Assembly: GCA_965655095.1 (NCBI GenBank)
Contig: OZ296655.1
Coordinates: forward strand, 39,990,001-40,054,000
Direction: 5' to 3'
Length of the DNA: 64,000 nucleotides
Origin: Haplodiscus bocki
Taxonomy: Eukaryota
This document shows, in pieces, positions 27,150 through 38,160 of the stretch (the first letter of the stretch is position 1; each line of letters starts with the position of its first letter). Below the pieces are notes generated by a model. The model did no database searches. It was not told where the DNA came from and saw only the letters and a list, made by a program, of their open reading frames with translations. Made by a program: the position numbers and the translations under genes.

Positions 27150-27800
27150 CAACGTCTTCGCGTTTTTTGTCAATGGTGCTCATATGGCCACGATGAAATT
27201 AGACAATTGGCTGTAGGTGTGGGACAACCACATTCGAATGGAAACGTTCGCCTTTCAAAATCAACCGAGACGTGGTTAAACGTTTCGGAAGTTGTTTTTT
27301 TGTAGCAATCGCACAGATTTTTTTTACTTAGTTGTTTTCGGTGCACGATAGTTTGATGGTTGTTCTGAGGAGATATGAGCAGAAGATTGTGCGTTGTTTT
27401 CAAATTGATTGTGTGCCGCCACTTCCTTTGAACAGGAAAATTTTGTTTGAAAAAGAGACAAAGAATGCTGTTAGGTCTACCCCTGTAACGATGCTTTCAG
27501 GTGCCTTTCTCGGATGAGAATCTTGTCATGAGTTATTGAAAACCAGTAAGCAATTTGAATTTTTTAATTTTATCCAGTTCTAGACAGGATGAAAAGTCAT
27601 TATTCAACTTTTCGTGTACCTGCCTAAACAGTTGTTGATATCCCTCGTAAAAGCAGTAGGTTATTTCAATGGCTTTGTCAATATAGAATTTTGTCGTGGA
27701 AGCAATCATCAACAAAAAATAACTGAACTTTTTCAGTTCCACGCGGTGTTTTTCTGGTCATGAAACAACGGTCATCAGAGAAAAACTAACTTTCCCATAG
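27150..27800 (-). pseudogene. Polinton FtsK/A32-like packaging ATPase remnant
   Basis: ORF pieces 27533..27742 (ITYCFYEGYQQLF..) and 27170..27403 (TTHNLLLISPQNNHQ...QL...CYKKTTSETFNHVSVDF) match the T-H-x-V-L-F-K-x-P-R-D...A-T-x-x-P-F-G-(H/Y)-L-x-x-D pattern. Walker A is degenerate. Confidence 0.72.
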
Positions 27801-30800
27801 TTGGCGTTATGGCAGAATATAAGGAACTGCTGCGAGCAAGAGAAAACCATACTGTTTTTTGTGGATTTGTAATTACATTAAAAAACTTACCGCAGTACTT
27901 ATAATGTATGGCAACAGTGATGCTAGCACCGTGCTGGAAAACCTCTTCTGCAATTTTTCACTCTGACACTTATCGAAAAAATTGTCCCCAACTGGTTAAC
28001 AGCTTACTGAGTAATTTTTACGCTCTTCCACTTCAGTAGGAACTGATTTTGAACGGGAAAGTCTGATTCGCAAAGGTTACAAAAAAACACAGATGGTATG
28101 ATGTTTCGATTTTTTCAGTAGGTATGACCTTACTTCTAGCATGGAGTAAAGAAAATATGAAATTTGAAGTCAATACTGGATTCATTTTCTGCATTTTTCT
28201 CCCCTCCTTGAAATTGAGGATAGGAAAAGGGTTTTTTTTTCTGGACTATTCTATTGATTACCGAAGTCTTTTGAAATCTGTCTTGGTAACCATGTGTCAT
28301 CAATTCTATTGGCTTTAGTCTGATTAAATAACTCGATTAGCTAAGTGGTGGTAAATTGTTCTTTTTGATCAGGTCTATTGGTCGACAGTTAGACAAGATT
28401 TTCGACGTTCTGAGAATTATACTCCAAAAAACGGTGACTGAGTTGATACTATTTTCGCGGCACCTGATTTCTGCAAGTGTATAATGGCGGATGGTTTCTT
28501 TCAAAACATTTTGATGAGCGATTTCCACTATTTCTTTTTGACTACGCAATTTTCTGGAGGTCTAACATTGCCCGGTCTCACCGCCATTAGTTGAAATGCT
28601 GTTGAGGGGTGTAGGGACAGATTCGTTGACAATAGTAGCTGTAGTTTCTGAATTTTATTATGGTTTCTGGACATCTGGTTGTCCTTGCTTGTTTATCCAT
28701 GTCTAGTATTGCAAGGCCTTTTTCCTCGAAGAATGGTCAAAGTAGCGTTCGCGTTGACTGAATGCAGAGCAAATTGTACTGATGTATTGAGAACAATCTG
28801 TTACTCTAGGACAACCGACAGTTTCTACCTTCATGACTGGGAGTTATTAGTTCCATAACAACCCACTTTCTTTCTGTCTCATCAAATAAAAGACATCACT
28901 TGAAAATGGGCGATATGAACGGATATCAAAGGTGAAAAGGAGTAAATTTTGTTGAGTTCCACTAGTCCAGTCTAATTCATGCAATTGTCTCGTTACCCAG
29001 AGATGTTTTTCTTGCGTCTTGAGTAATACTTTCTGTATCGAAGGGAGGTAAAAGACTTACCCCAAAATTTTGGCGAACAAACTGATTTTTCCTTGAAATC
29101 GAAAAAATGATTGAGTCGCAACGCTTCGAAGTCATTCTTAGCGTTTTTTGAGTTCAATATTTCTGTTTGCTGGTGAAAATTGGATGCAGAAGTTTCACTT
29201 TCAGAGTCAAGGAGAATAGATCAAAATTTTGTGAGTCTTTAGCACTTATCAAGGAAATTTTTCTTCCAAGGATACAGCGTAGTTTGGAGAGTTTACTTTG
29301 TGGAAAAACCAAACATTCTACTTTCTGAAATATCGAAATTTTTATTCACGGTGATTTATGATATCAGCAAAAACGAAAGGATCCATAGATAGGGTAAACG
29401 TGAAGCTGCAATGGTCTGCATGCATCTGTTTAAAAAGTGTCGGAATTACCCTCCAATGAGGAAGTATCGCTAACATGGAGGTAATTAAGAGTCATCAAAT
29501 CTCGTGAGCTTGTCTTAGTAGAAACAAGAAAAATTCGTGAAAATTGTGACAAACGTAAGTTCTATGACGAATGTTTGCATACAGTCGTCCTTGTAACGTA
29601 AGCAAAGTCTTTCCGCCAAGTTCTGCACTGGAATTCTATGCAGAGTCAAAATTCTGTTTGTTGTGTCGCAAATTTCATCAAAAATTCAAGAGATTTTCAC
29701 TGGTTCTTGGTTAGTAGAGGGAGTTGTAACTTTTTGGCACCCAGTATGTCGTAATTCTGCTTTCGGTATCGCAGGGTTGAACACTGACGAATAACCTCGG
29801 TGTGTTGTAATGATGACCAATACTACTTTTTTACACGCCTGTTGTTATCAGTTTGTGGTGATGAGCCAGTAAAACCGTCGCTTGCTGGTGAAACGATCAT
29901 TAGAGCTCCAAATTCTCAAAACGAGGAATTTCAATCTTGGTTTCCAAAATGTAAAAGAGGCCACTCTTTTGATTTTGACTGCATCATACAAGAGCTTTTT
30001 TCTGAATACGCGGTCTTTTCAGTAAACTTTCCAAAATCTAGTTTTATACTCAAATTTTGTCAAGCGTAGATGGAACTGTTAACGTGCGTTCGTGCTTCAT
30101 GAGTTGATTGCCGACTGATATTTTTCGGAGATTAATGCTACTTGCATATGTACTTTTTTGACTTTTATCCCAGCGGACATTTTTGGGCAGTGCATTTGGC
30201 ATCCATTGTGAAAACATGATCATCCGTTCAAATATTATTGTTTCATTTGCACACTTGTTTCTACGATAATGCATTCTTGCAATGTCACCAGTATTGGCTT
30301 TGCCGAAATTGATGCGACATTAAAACTATGTTCAAAAAGCGCAATCAGTGAAACGCAAAATCTAGTGATCAAGGTAGGTTGATTTTGATCGTCGAACCGA
30401 GGAATTAGTTTCCAATCCCACCCGCCTCGAAAATTCATACATTGTTGTGTTTGATGTAATTCTGAACTTCCAAATTTTATTCAATTGAATTAATGACAAC
30501 TTTATGATACTTTGGCGCAGGTGAAGAAACAAAATTTTTCCCATATGTACAACAGTTAACAGGTGCGATCCCCGCTGTTCATATTTTACAACAAATAATA
30601 ATGGTGTAGATATACTGGGCCTAAACCCTCTGTGGCGTGGCCCGATAAAGCGGTTAAAACCGTGGAAATAAAGCTGTTAGTTCCAAGTTTGAATTAACAA
30701 CTGAGAGTTTATTCTAACAGAAATGGCTTGAATTCAGCAGAATTATAAACAAATCAAAACTTTGTCCGAACGTTTTTCTTTGAACCGTTTGTTCGGTGTC

Positions 30801-30934
30801 GATGAAACAAGCCCCTATGTTCAGTTTCTCTTAGTTTAGCCGGTTTCAATTTCATCCGCTAGAGGGCGTCTTTTCATGCTTTCGGAAGAAGTTTCCATAA
30901 TCGGCTCTGATTGGCCAAACAAACTTTCATAGGC

Positions 30935-31027
30935 AAAAAGAAAAAAAAAGGTTCGGTCCGATCGGGAATCGATCGCCGGAGCTTTCTTTTACGAGTCCCG
31001 GACGCATACCGTTACGCCACCATTGCC
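30935..31027 (-). ncRNA. tRNA-Thr(CGT)-like Pol III cassette inside the LTR (tRNA-derived, probably not a functional tRNA)
   Basis: Minus strand: GGCAATGG TGGCGTAACGGTATGCG TCCGGGA CTCGTAA AAGAAAGCTC CGGCGATCGATTCCCG ATCGGACC, then T9-C-T5. A-box-like, anticodon-loop-like, B-box-like elements and an oligo-T terminator; stems pair poorly. Confidence 0.55.
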
Positions 31028-31242
31028 ACGGTAACGCCGGTTACGAGTTCGCTAAATAGACACACGCAACGGTTTAATCCGCGTGCGTGACCGCTTACTT
31101 GATTTAATTCGCGTACGCGACAAGAAGCCTATTTATTCTCTTAGAAAATAAAATTACCTAAAAGAGTTCCGGATTTCCTTCAATTGAGATTTTCCTTATG
31201 GCGACACATTGTTTTCGTCCTCAATCCTGCAAGGGCTTGAGT

Positions 31243-31306
31243 ACGATCGATCGCCGGACCTTTCGTTTACGAGTCCCGGACGCATACTGTTGCGCCATCA
31301 TCGCTA
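31243..31306 (-). ncRNA. Second, 3'-truncated tRNA-like copy in the partial LTR
   Basis: TGGCGCAACAGTATGCGTCCGGGACTCGTAAACGAAAGGTCCGGCGATCGATC; near-copy of 30968-31027 that stops within the B-box. Confidence 0.45.
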
Positions 31307-31351
31307 CGGTAACGCCGGTTACGAGCTCGCTAAATAGACACACGCGACGGT

Positions 31352-34300
31352 TTAATCCGCGTACGCGACATCCTCCCGCCTGGGAGAAGACGAGTCGAGA
31401 ACATAAACAAGTTTTGTGGTCGGTCGAGTGAATACGCCGGCCGAAGATCGGATGACAGCTGAACGAGCAATGCCGTCGCATCCGTAATGGAGTTCTTCAA
31501 CTCGAGCGAGCGGGTAGAACCCGTGGGGACTTGTTGGTTCAACGATCCAAACTAAGTCTCCTGTCTTCAATGTGGTAGGGTCTTGCCGGTTCCACTTCGA
31601 TCAAACATTAAGGGTTGGGGCATACTCTGTCAACCACCGATGCCAAATTGCATTGGCGTATGCGACTGACTTTCGATACCGTTGCCGGTGATCGTCAGGT
31701 TGAGCTTTTTCTGGCACATGAAACAATGATGCAGCGCTTGGACCACCAAAGAGAAAGTGATTTGGGGTAAATGCATCGAGATCCTTTGGATCGGAGCTAG
31801 CCGCCGTTAGCGGCCCTGATTTCAGAAACTGCTCAACCAAGCAAAACGTAGTTCTCAGCACTTCGTCCGTAAGCCTTCGATTTCCCCAGTATTTTGTAGA
31901 AGAGAAGCTTACAGCTCTGAACAAGGCGTTCCCAACTCCCTCCGTGATGGGGTGCTGACGGCGGGTTGAACTTCCATTTAATGCCTTTGGACGCAGACGT
32001 TCGCGCTACCTTGTCGGGATCAAAGTTCGCGAAACAGAGGGCCAACTCTTTGTCAGCACCAACAAAGTTGGTGCCGTTGCCAGACCAGATCGTATGTGGA
32101 TGGCCCCGACGCGCAGCAAACCGCTCAATGCCCATGACACATGAGCTGGTGTCCATTTTAAGCACAATCTCTATGTGAACGGCGCGCGTTGTCATGCAGG
32201 GAAATAGGAACCCCCAACGTTTTTCGGTACTTCGTCTAACGGAGACGTGGAAGGGACTAAAATATTCCATCCCCGTATACGTGAATGGGCGTTCCTGGTA
32301 CCCTAAACACTCTCTTAGGAGATCGGCCATCAAAGGCGTCACTGGCGTTGCGCGATGTTTCCGACAAGTGACACAACACGAGCTGATGGAGCGCAGAGTT
32401 GAACGGAGTTTTAGCACTGCGAACGTTTTCTGTATATGAGCACGCAGGAAAACAACGCCTTGGTGGTGGTTGCTGTCATGAACGTGCTTCAAGTAGAGCC
32501 GAGCAAGCGGGTAACGACCATCAAGAACTACCGGATGTTTTGTTTCATACGGAACAGTAGATAGCCGTTTCAGTCGTCCTGCTGCTCGAATCAACCCATT
32601 TTGTCCCACAAAAGGAACGAACGCAGCTATGATGCTGTTGGAAGCAACATATTGTCTTTTTGCGAGCGCCTTTTGTTCTTTTGGGAACATCTCACTTTGT
32701 GCCAAAAAGAGTAGCTCTGCTTCAGCTCGACGAAATTCTCCGGGATCGATTGTTGAGGTTCTGACCGAATCTCGGAACTTGGGGTTGACCCGCAGCATGT
32801 AGGCAACCGTGCGCACTAATTTCGTGTAGGAGCTGTAGTTAGTCCATATGATGAATGGCTCGACGCATTTAGATGCACTTGACATCGTCGTCTGCTGTGC
32901 AACCGGCGGATCCTGTATCAACTTCGGTGACTTCAGTAGGACGCGTTGAGTTGACGGTTGGAATGGCCAATCTTCAGTACGAAGAAACTCGGGACGGTTT
33001 ACCCACGCACTGTTCTTCAGTTCATCACTCGACATTCCCCTCGTGACCACATCGGCGGGGTTGTTCGTTGAAGACAGATGAGCCCATTCATCCCCGGTTG
33101 GTGCATCTGAAATCTCCGATATGCGGTTCGCGACGAAGACCGGTTGCTTTTCGGGGGAGTGAAGCCACTGGAGGACCGCGCTGCTATCGGACCACATGTA
33201 AACTTTTTCAATCGCAAGCGTAAGCGATGCCTCGACGTGGCGTTTCAAGCGGGAAGCTAGCAATGCAGCTTCCAGCTCTAAGTTGGGGATTGTCAAAGAG
33301 TTCATTGGCGCAACGCGTCCTTTTCCGATCACAAATGCCAGTTGCGTTGAGCCGTCGCTCTTTTGCCGGGCACGAAATGCGACCGCTCCAAACACTTCCT
33401 TTGAACTGTCGCCAAAAACCTGAAGCTCAAGGGATTCCACAGGCTCACTGAAGTAGCATCTTTGCAGTTCTAGCGTACTGGGCTCTGGTAATGCTTTGCT
33501 CCAATGCAGGAATTCTTCGGTCAGTTCTTCTGAGAGGACTTCATCCCACTGCTGGCCATGCAATCGCCACACTTCCTTGAGCATAAGTCGAGCTTTAATT
33601 GTGTAGGGTGCAACTAAACCAATGGGATCGAAGATACTGGCCACGCGATTCAACACTAACCGCTGCGTAACTGGTTCAGTAACCGATCTGTTCACTCCAC
33701 GGCTTACTACTAATGTGTCGCTGCGCTGATTCCATTTCAATCCAAGAACGTGTGAAGACAGTTCACAAACTTCCGGTATGCCTGGTGACTGATCTTGTAA
33801 CGGTGGTAGACTAGGTGGCAGATTGAAGTTGCTAAAAAACTTCGTTAGCTTGAAGCCACCTCGCTTCAGCAGAGTCACAAGGTCTTGGCACCTTTCCGTT
33901 GCTTCTTCGGACGTAGCAAAGGATTCCAAGTAGTCGTCCATGTAGAAATTATTCCAAACATTTCCGGCTGCTCGAGAGAACTCCTTGCAATTGTCGTCTG
34001 CGGTTCTTTGTAGCGCATAGTTTGCGCAGGTCGGGGAGTCTTTGGCACCGAATATATGACGGGTATACTGGTGCACAACCACTTTTTGAGTGGGGTACTC
34101 CCGCCACAAAAAACGAAGTGAAGTTTGGTCCTTGTCTGGCACGCCTACCTGCAGGAACATCCCTTCGATGTCCGCCGAGACTGCGTATTGGTGTTGGCGA
34201 AACTTCAAGATGATGTAGAGCAGGTTTTGCAATAGGTCCGGTCCAGTCCTGTTTGTGAAACAATGCAGCACCGTTGAGGACTCTCCGGACTTTCCCTGGC

Positions 34301-35260
34301 TTGTTCGGGTTGAGCACCGGGTGGTGAGGCAAGTACCATTCACGTTTTGAACGCTTCTGCGACTCACTAGGTTCCACTATTTTCACATATCCCTTCATCT
34401 GAGCGTCTTTGATCGTCTGAGCGTACCTTTCCCGCAGGTCTGCGTCCTTGCTCAGGCGATTTTCGAGGGACTTCAGTTGAGTGAAAGCGGCATAGTAGTT
34501 GTTCGGCAACTCGATGTGGGGTTCTCGCCACAACATTCCCACAACGTACTTTTTTCCATCATGGAACGTGGTCGAGTGCAGATTTCCTTGGCACGTGATT
34601 CCTCCGCCGAACTGGGATCTACGTTTTTCACAGCTCCGAAGGTTTCCATATCGTACCAAAGTTTAACTTCTCGAGCAAGAGTTGAGTCTTGTTCGCTACT
34701 CGCCTCGAAGCAAGAAGCCGACAAGTTCGATGTTGAAGGCAAGGGAGCACTGAGGACCCATCCGATTGGCAGTCGTACTGCTACGGTTGACGATTTGTCA
34801 GTACTTGATACGAAGTACTCCATTGGACGGATGGCTTCGTATGCATCCTGCCCAAGTATCATACTCACGCTGGAGTAGTCTATTTGCGTACCTGGCACTG
34901 CATCCAGGTGAGGGTATTTGGATTTCAAGGCTGCAACGTCGATGAAGTCTCTGACAACATCAATCGAAGATTTTGTGAACGCGTTGACTGTGAAAACCTC
35001 TCGTCCTCCGTCGGGTAAGATCGAGCAAAAGTTCATCTCAACCGTTCGGGTTTGGACCACTTCTTGGCAATTGATACCGTTTACGGTGATGGAAGTCACT
35101 TTTCCATCTAGGGACAACTTCTGCGCCAAGTCGTCTGAGATCCACGTGTGACTACAACCGGAGTCACAAAGAGCAAAAACGTTGATTACTTTAGTGGGCG
35201 AGAAAACTTCGAGTTCGCCGATTTGTAGCAGGCCTTTCACACCCGTTGTAGACGTCTTCC
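31352..35260 (-). pseudogene. pol: BEL/Pao pol: aspartic protease, RT, RNase H, integrase, C-terminal DUF5641-like region (frameshifted)
   Basis: ALCDSGCS (protease); WYLPHHPV..PNKPGKVRRV, ADIEGMFLQV, FGAKDSP, FYMDD (RT); FGDSS..GAV, WSDS, NPADVVTRG (RNase H); H..HHQG..CVTC, RAVHIE, APHHGGSWERL (integrase). Integrase Asp positions read GMEYF and SGNGTNF, so the enzyme is likely dead. Confidence 0.95.
31371..31380 (-). promoter_or_regulatory. Polypurine tract (GGCGGGAGGA) of the BEL element
   Basis: Lies at the end of pol and directly abuts the TG of the LTR. Confidence 0.85.
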
Positions 35261-37754
35261 TACTTGAGGTGCTGTTGTGAGCTGTCGAAGCAGCTTTCGG
35301 TCTTGCAGCTGATGTATCTTGAGTGGTCTGCTGCGACGTGGTAATGGGAGTTTTGTTCCAATCCTTTTGACGGGAACACGCGATCAGCGCCGTGAAGGAG
35401 ACTATTGTGAGTCAATTTGCAATTGTCTTTGCCGCAAGTTCGAGCACGGGAACAATTACGTGCATTATGACCCTTTCCGAAGCAGGATAAGCAAAGCTTG
35501 TTGTCGGCAACAATCTTTGCTCTTTGATTGAGGGTCTTTTCGCGAAACACTTTATATCTGAAGAGGGTGTTTTCCCTTGCAGACAGGACACAATTCATTG
35601 GTCCCGGATGACGGCGTTGTCGATTCGGATGCGGAAGCGAAAGTCTTTGTCGCGGTCTTCACTTTTGTTGTCGTTGAATTTGGTTCTCCTTTTGGTTTTG
35701 TTGCAGAGCCAAGTTGCATCCGATCATGTGCTTCGGCTTTCTCCTGCAACCAAAAGTTGAAATCGAGGAGGCTCGGACGTAGCCATCCCTTTTTGACCGT
35801 GTGAAGCGACCAAGACTCTTTGAGGTTCGGTGGAAGTTTTTGAACAGCCTGGTTCAAGAGCGCAGAACTGAAGAGATCAGCATCATACTTCAGAGACTGG
35901 AAAACTGCAATAAGGCTGGAGATCGCACAAGCATAATTATGCTTTCTGAATTGTGGATCTTTACAGCGGGGTAGTTGCTCAACTTTTCCAGATGAGCGGT
36001 GACAACTGCTTGGGGCTGCCCGAACTTTCGTTCAAGCGCCTTCAGAGCGTCGCGGTACAGCGCACCACTATACGCAAATCCCTCAATGGCAATCTTCGCC
36101 CTTCCGGAGACGTCTTCAAATACGTCATCTTTACCTCGTCAGTTATTGCTGCTTGGTCGACTGCACTCTTGAATTGTCCGTACCACTCATGCCACTGAAG
36201 TGGGTTGCCATCGAAGGTTGAAAGTTTCCACTCGGGCAGTTGATCTTTCCGCGAAACGGTTGGAAGTTTGGCAAGATCAATCATGGTCAAAGTGGCGTTC
36301 GACGAGGACAAATCTTCTACCGGCCGATGAGACTCCGTGTTCTCAACTCCGAGTGCAATCGATGTAGCCGGTGCGTAACTGCAAGTATTTTCAGCCGTCG
36401 TTGAAGGTTGATAGGTCGGAAAAACCGAGGATGTCATGTAAGGGGTCTTGTGGTAGTACGTAGTGCCTCCGATACTACATGAGTAGTGCGGCTGGGTGTT
36501 TTGCGATTAAAGCATGTTATCGGTGACAACAGTTGTTAGGTTCTTGGAGGAAGCAGGTGTCTTGAGAAAGTTATGAAAGAGTTCGTCCAACTTCTTCGAA
36601 GCCTTGGGAACCGCAACTAATGATGGAGCAAGTGCTGAAGCCACATTTGGTTTGGGCTGGTTTCGATTCCGAATATCGAAGCGAACATTCGGCTGTGGAT
36701 CTTCAAGAAAATCAGGTTGGTTATCGGTTCAACGGTCTTGGGAAATTGATCAGGTGCGGCAGGACCTTGTGATGAAGTCGGGTTCGCATTAAGTACGTTC
36801 TCGACAGATCTCGGGAGAGCATCGTCGTTGAGGGTCTCAGCAACACGACATCTGAACCGGTTTGCAAGCCAACGGTCCCAGTGGCACCAGCGCTATTAAC
36901 CCAAGCCTCCGTTCGTTCGGAACCATTTGTCGCATTGTCGAAAAGTCCCTCAAACCGATCGCCGTCGGCCTCTTCTTCGTCGTCGCTCTCCAGATCTTCT
37001 ACCGCAACTTCATCCAACTTTGCTTGCTCAAGTCGTTGCCGATTTTTCTCCTGCAGCTCAAACACTGCGAGCATAGCCTTTCGCTTGGCAAGCTCAGCTT
37101 CATGCTCGGCTTTTTGACACGCCAGGGAAGCTTTCTGCTGCGCTCGCCGCTGAGTTTCCACAGCTTCCTGCTCAGCCTGTGGTCGAGCCTGCTCAGCCTG
37201 CTGTTCGGTCTGCCTCGCATGGTGTTCAGCCTCCAATCTTTCTTGTTCTGCTTTTTCCTGAGCAAGTCGTAGTTCAGCTGCGTTTTGACGTTCTACTTCC
37301 TCGCGCTTTAACCTGGCAATTTTCTGTTGATGACGTCGTTGGCTAGAGGAAACAGAAACTTGGCTCTTGCTGGTTGCCTTGCTCTTTGAATGTTTGCTGG
37401 ATCGCTTCGCTGTGCCTTTCGAATCCGAATGCCGGGATCCTCCCTCTTGTTTCGCCGATTGAATTGATATAGGCTCGTGCTTTACTCCAGTACTCATCGT
37501 TTAGGGCAATTAAGCCTTCCGACCACTCCTCGAGAATTCTTGTCAGGTCCTTCGGGTTTCGCTGCCAATTTGAGAAGGTCTTCATTCTTTTCAAACGCAG
37601 CCTGGAATGTAGACTTCGAGCCGTTGACGAGTTTATCCACTTTCACGCGCCTATCCTTTCGATCAATCGCTTCATCTATCAATTAATGACAGATTTTGAG
37701 CTCCTTCTGCAGTTTTGTTCTGCTAGCGTAGAGCTTCTGCAACTTTTCCTCCAT
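35260..37754 (-). pseudogene. gag: BEL/Pao gag (coiled-coil N-terminus, DUF1759-like region, three Cys/His knuckles), disrupted
   Basis: ATG at 37754 (MEEKLQKLYASR..); PEWKLSTFDGNPLQWHEWYGQFKSAVD; CPVCKGKHPL, CLSCFGKGHNARNC, CGKDNCKLTHNSLLH; several stops and frameshifts. Confidence 0.9.
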
Positions 37755-37783
37755 GGCGAGTTGGGGATTGGGTTTTGCGTCAG

Positions 37784-38123
37784 GAACTACTGAAAGTTCT
37801 AATGTCGCGCACCCCCAGGGAATTGGTCTGTTCCGAAACTCTGCGTGCCACGAACTACTTAAAGTTCTAGAGGCCCTTTGAGCTCCGGTCTAGACTAAGG
37901 GACGGGTATTGGAGGATGTCTAGGATGCAACTCCTCAAACAGGAGTTCACACTCGATGATTAGATTGGTAGTGACACCGGACCGAACGGTTCACTCAAAT
38001 CAATATGATTTAGCGATCGACTGCGTATCCGTTTACCTTCACTACTATTGGCCTGAACCGGAAACTTTCCGTGCAACGAACTACTGAAAGTTCTAGAGGC
38101 TCTTCAAGTTCCGTTAGAACCAA
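37784..38123. repeat. Repeated hairpin motif in the BEL gag leader
   Basis: GAACT-ACT(G/T)AA-AGTTC at 37784, 37852 and 38078; the last two sit within a ~75-bp imperfect direct repeat (37824-37897 vs 38049-38123). Confidence 0.8.
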
Positions 38124-38160
38124 ACGACTGAAAACTAGAGAAAACAGAGTGAAAGAAAAG

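Larger units (their letters stand above)
17338..30575 (-). mobile_element. Decayed Polinton/Maverick (endogenous DNA virus), partial
   Basis: Co-oriented pseudogenes for packaging ATPase, retroviral-like integrase, minor capsid, small PW-like protein, major capsid and probable cysteine protease. Boundaries approximate; no pPolB motifs found. Confidence 0.8.
30576..31370 (-). repeat. 3' LTR region of the BEL element (one partial plus one full LTR-like unit)
   Basis: Begins TGTCGCGTACGCG immediately after the PPT (31370); the same start recurs at 31122; ends ...ATGAACA at 30576. CCAAT (30910-30914), TATA-like (30743-30749) and AATAAA (30708-30713, 31132-31137) on the minus strand. Confidence 0.75.

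Noticed and set aside
17338-30575. Protein-primed DNA polymerase B of the Polinton
   Set aside because: No DxxSLYP, KxxxNSxYG or DTDS motifs seen by eye.
30953-31027. Functional tRNA-Thr gene
   Set aside because: Acceptor and anticodon stems pair poorly and the T-loop reads GATCGA rather than GTTCGA; kept only as tRNA-like.
31966-37686. Many plus-strand ORFs inside the BEL element
   Set aside because: Antisense shadows of GC-rich gag-pol with no recognisable motifs.
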